Shown here piece after piece: positions 33,950 to 35,005 of a stretch of DNA of 35,005 nucleotides. Numbering within the stretch: position 1 is the stretch's first letter; the number at the start of each line of letters is the position of its first letter. The stretch comes from Actinomycetota bacterium (GTDB lineage: Bacteria; Actinomycetota; Acidimicrobiia; Spongiisociales; UBA5794). The stretch is taken from contig QMQC01000001.1 in assembly GCA_003648875.1 (NCBI GenBank), positions 1 to 35,005 of the forward strand, read 5' to 3'. Made by a program: the position numbers and the translations under genes. A model generated the notes under the pieces. The model was not told the origin of the DNA and searched no databases. It was given only the letters and a program-made list of their open reading frames with translations.

Positions 33950-34309
33950 TTACTCGACGGTAGCCGCCGTAGCCACGTCGACGAGTGCCTTGAAGGCATC
34001 GGGATCAGATACGGCCATCTCGGCGAGCATCTTGCGGTCCACTTCGACGTCAGCCGCCTTGAGACCGGCCATGAATCGGGAGTACGTGGTCCCGTTGGTT
34101 CGAGCAGCCGCGTTGATACGCTGGATCCACAGGCGACGGAACTGCCCTTTGCGTGCACGACGATGGTCGTACGAATCCTGCATTGCATGCATTACCTGCT
34201 CACGAGCAGCGCGGTATCTCCGTGACCTGGCTCCCGTGTATCCGGAAGCCCTATCCATTACCTTTTTGCGCTTTTTTCGCGCATTCACAGATCGCTTTAC
34301 ACGAGCCAT
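33950..34309 (-). CDS. rplT: 50S ribosomal protein L20
   Basis: [17 protein letters not shown]...[12 protein letters not shown] is the canonical L20 sequence. Confidence 0.95.
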   Translation of the reverse strand: MARVKRSVNARKKRKKVMDRASGYTGARSRRYRAAREQVMHAMQDSYDHRRARKGQFRRLWIQRINAAARTNGTTYSRFMAGLKAADVEVDRKMLAEMAVSDPDAFKALVDVATAATVE

Positions 34310-34318
34310 GGGGGCCTC

Positions 34319-34513
34319 CTAGGGGTGCAGCATGCGGTCGATGCGCTTGGCATTCTTCCCGCTGAGATTCGATTTACCTTTGGCGCGACGCCATCGCGCC
34401 GCACTCTTCTTGTTTCGGTTGTGACCGCGCCAGGCCTTGTCGTGCCTGATCTTGCCACTGCCAGACCGCTTGAAGCGCTTTGCGGCGCCCTTGTGTGTCT
34501 TCATCTTCGGCAC
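34319..34513 (-). CDS. rpmI: 50S ribosomal protein L35
   Basis: (V)PKMKTHKGAAKRFKRSGSGKI is canonical L35. The start is GTG with an AGGAG Shine-Dalgarno sequence. Confidence 0.95.
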   Translation of the reverse strand: MPKMKTHKGAAKRFKRSGSGKIRHDKAWRGHNRNKKSAARWRRAKGKSNLSGKNAKRIDRMLHP

Positions 34514-34549
34514 GTTTCACTCCTGTTGGGAGGAAGAGGAGAGCGGTAG

Positions 34550-35005
34550 CTATTCCTCGTCCGTAGTGTCGTCTTCATTCTCAAAACTGTCAGTCGGCGC
34601 ATTCCTGGCTGGCATGAGAACCATCGTCATGTTTCGACCCTCGATCTTCGGCATGGTCTCGATCTCGCCGTAATCCGAAACATCGTCGTACAGACGCTTG
34701 AGGATGTCGCGACCGAGCTCGGGGTGGGCCATCTCTCTGCCCCTGAACCGCATGGTGCATTTGACCTTGTCGCCCTGACGCAGAAACTTCACAACCCGCT
34801 TGCGTTTGACATCGAAGTCGCTCGCTCCGATCTTTGGCCGGAACTGGACTTCCTTGATGACCGTGCGGGTCTGGTTCTTTCGGGCTTCCCTTGCCTTGAC
34901 GGACTGGTCGTACTTGAACTTTCCGTAGTCCATCATCCTCACAACCGGAGGACGAGCATCAGGGGCAACCTCAACCAGATCGAGCCCGAGCTGAGATGCA
35001 AGCCA
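34550..35005 (-). CDS. infC: Translation initiation factor IF-3, N-terminus beyond the window edge
   Basis: The frame stays open to position 35005: WLASQLGLDLVEVAPDARPPVVRMMDYGKFKYDQSVKAREARKNQ...VKCTMRFRGREMAHPELG. The tracked Met at 34942 is internal. Confidence 0.9.
   Translation of the reverse strand, partial: WLASQLGLDLVEVAPDARPPVVRMMDYGKFKYDQSVKAREARKNQTRTVIKEVQFRPKIGASDFDVKRKRVVKFLRQGDKVKCTMRFRGREMAHPELGRDILKRLYDDVSDYGEIETMPKIEGRNMTMVLMPARNAPTDSFENEDDTTDEE

Overview
High-GC, actinobacterial-type chromosomal core region, possibly Acidimicrobiia-like (the lineage is a low-confidence inference). Genes are densely packed, mostly on the minus strand, and many are joined by ATGA/GTGA start-stop overlaps. 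Two conserved housekeeping blocks dominate.

(1) 2.6-16.1 kb holds a complete, compact Pup-proteasome locus with its usual neighbours: helY, tatC, tatA, a small Zn-ribbon ORF, pafC, pafB, pafA, prcA, prcB, pup, dop, mpa, a divergent ferredoxin and trmI. As I recall it, this matches the M. tuberculosis Rv2092c-Rv2118c neighbourhood.

(2) 26.6-35.0 kb holds a translation block: tyrS, mpg, pheT, pheS, an inserted OsmC gene, a TrmH-family methyltransferase, rplT, rpmI and infC (truncated at the window edge). This matches Rv1641-Rv1689 synteny.

Between and around these blocks lie the following:
- a GT2 polyprenol-phosphate mannosyltransferase-like gene, DUF4193 and a DAG-kinase-family lipid kinase;
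- a chain of small membrane-protein genes upstream of trmI;
- an MFS transporter, a BON/OmpA-like protein and a DivIVA-domain protein;
- a ceramidase-like membrane protein coupled to a PLP dehydratase;
- a lipoprotein, a PLDc_N/SHOCT protein, thiI and a DUF389 membrane protein.

I found no rRNA, tRNA, CRISPR array, transposase, integrase or recognisable defence genes. I do not see a convincing novel multi-gene system.

The observations most worth a second look:
- a syntenic TyrRS in which both class I signature motifs are degenerate (HIGH reads TLGW, KMSKS reads KMSQS);
- a family of heptad-word palindromic or tandem intergenic repeats at four or more gene boundaries;
- several unannotated, translationally coupled mini-ORFs encoding small membrane peptides;
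- an unusually long (about 630 bp) non-coding gap with a strong hairpin upstream of pheS.

All functional calls come from reading the translated ORFs against remembered family motifs. No database search was run.
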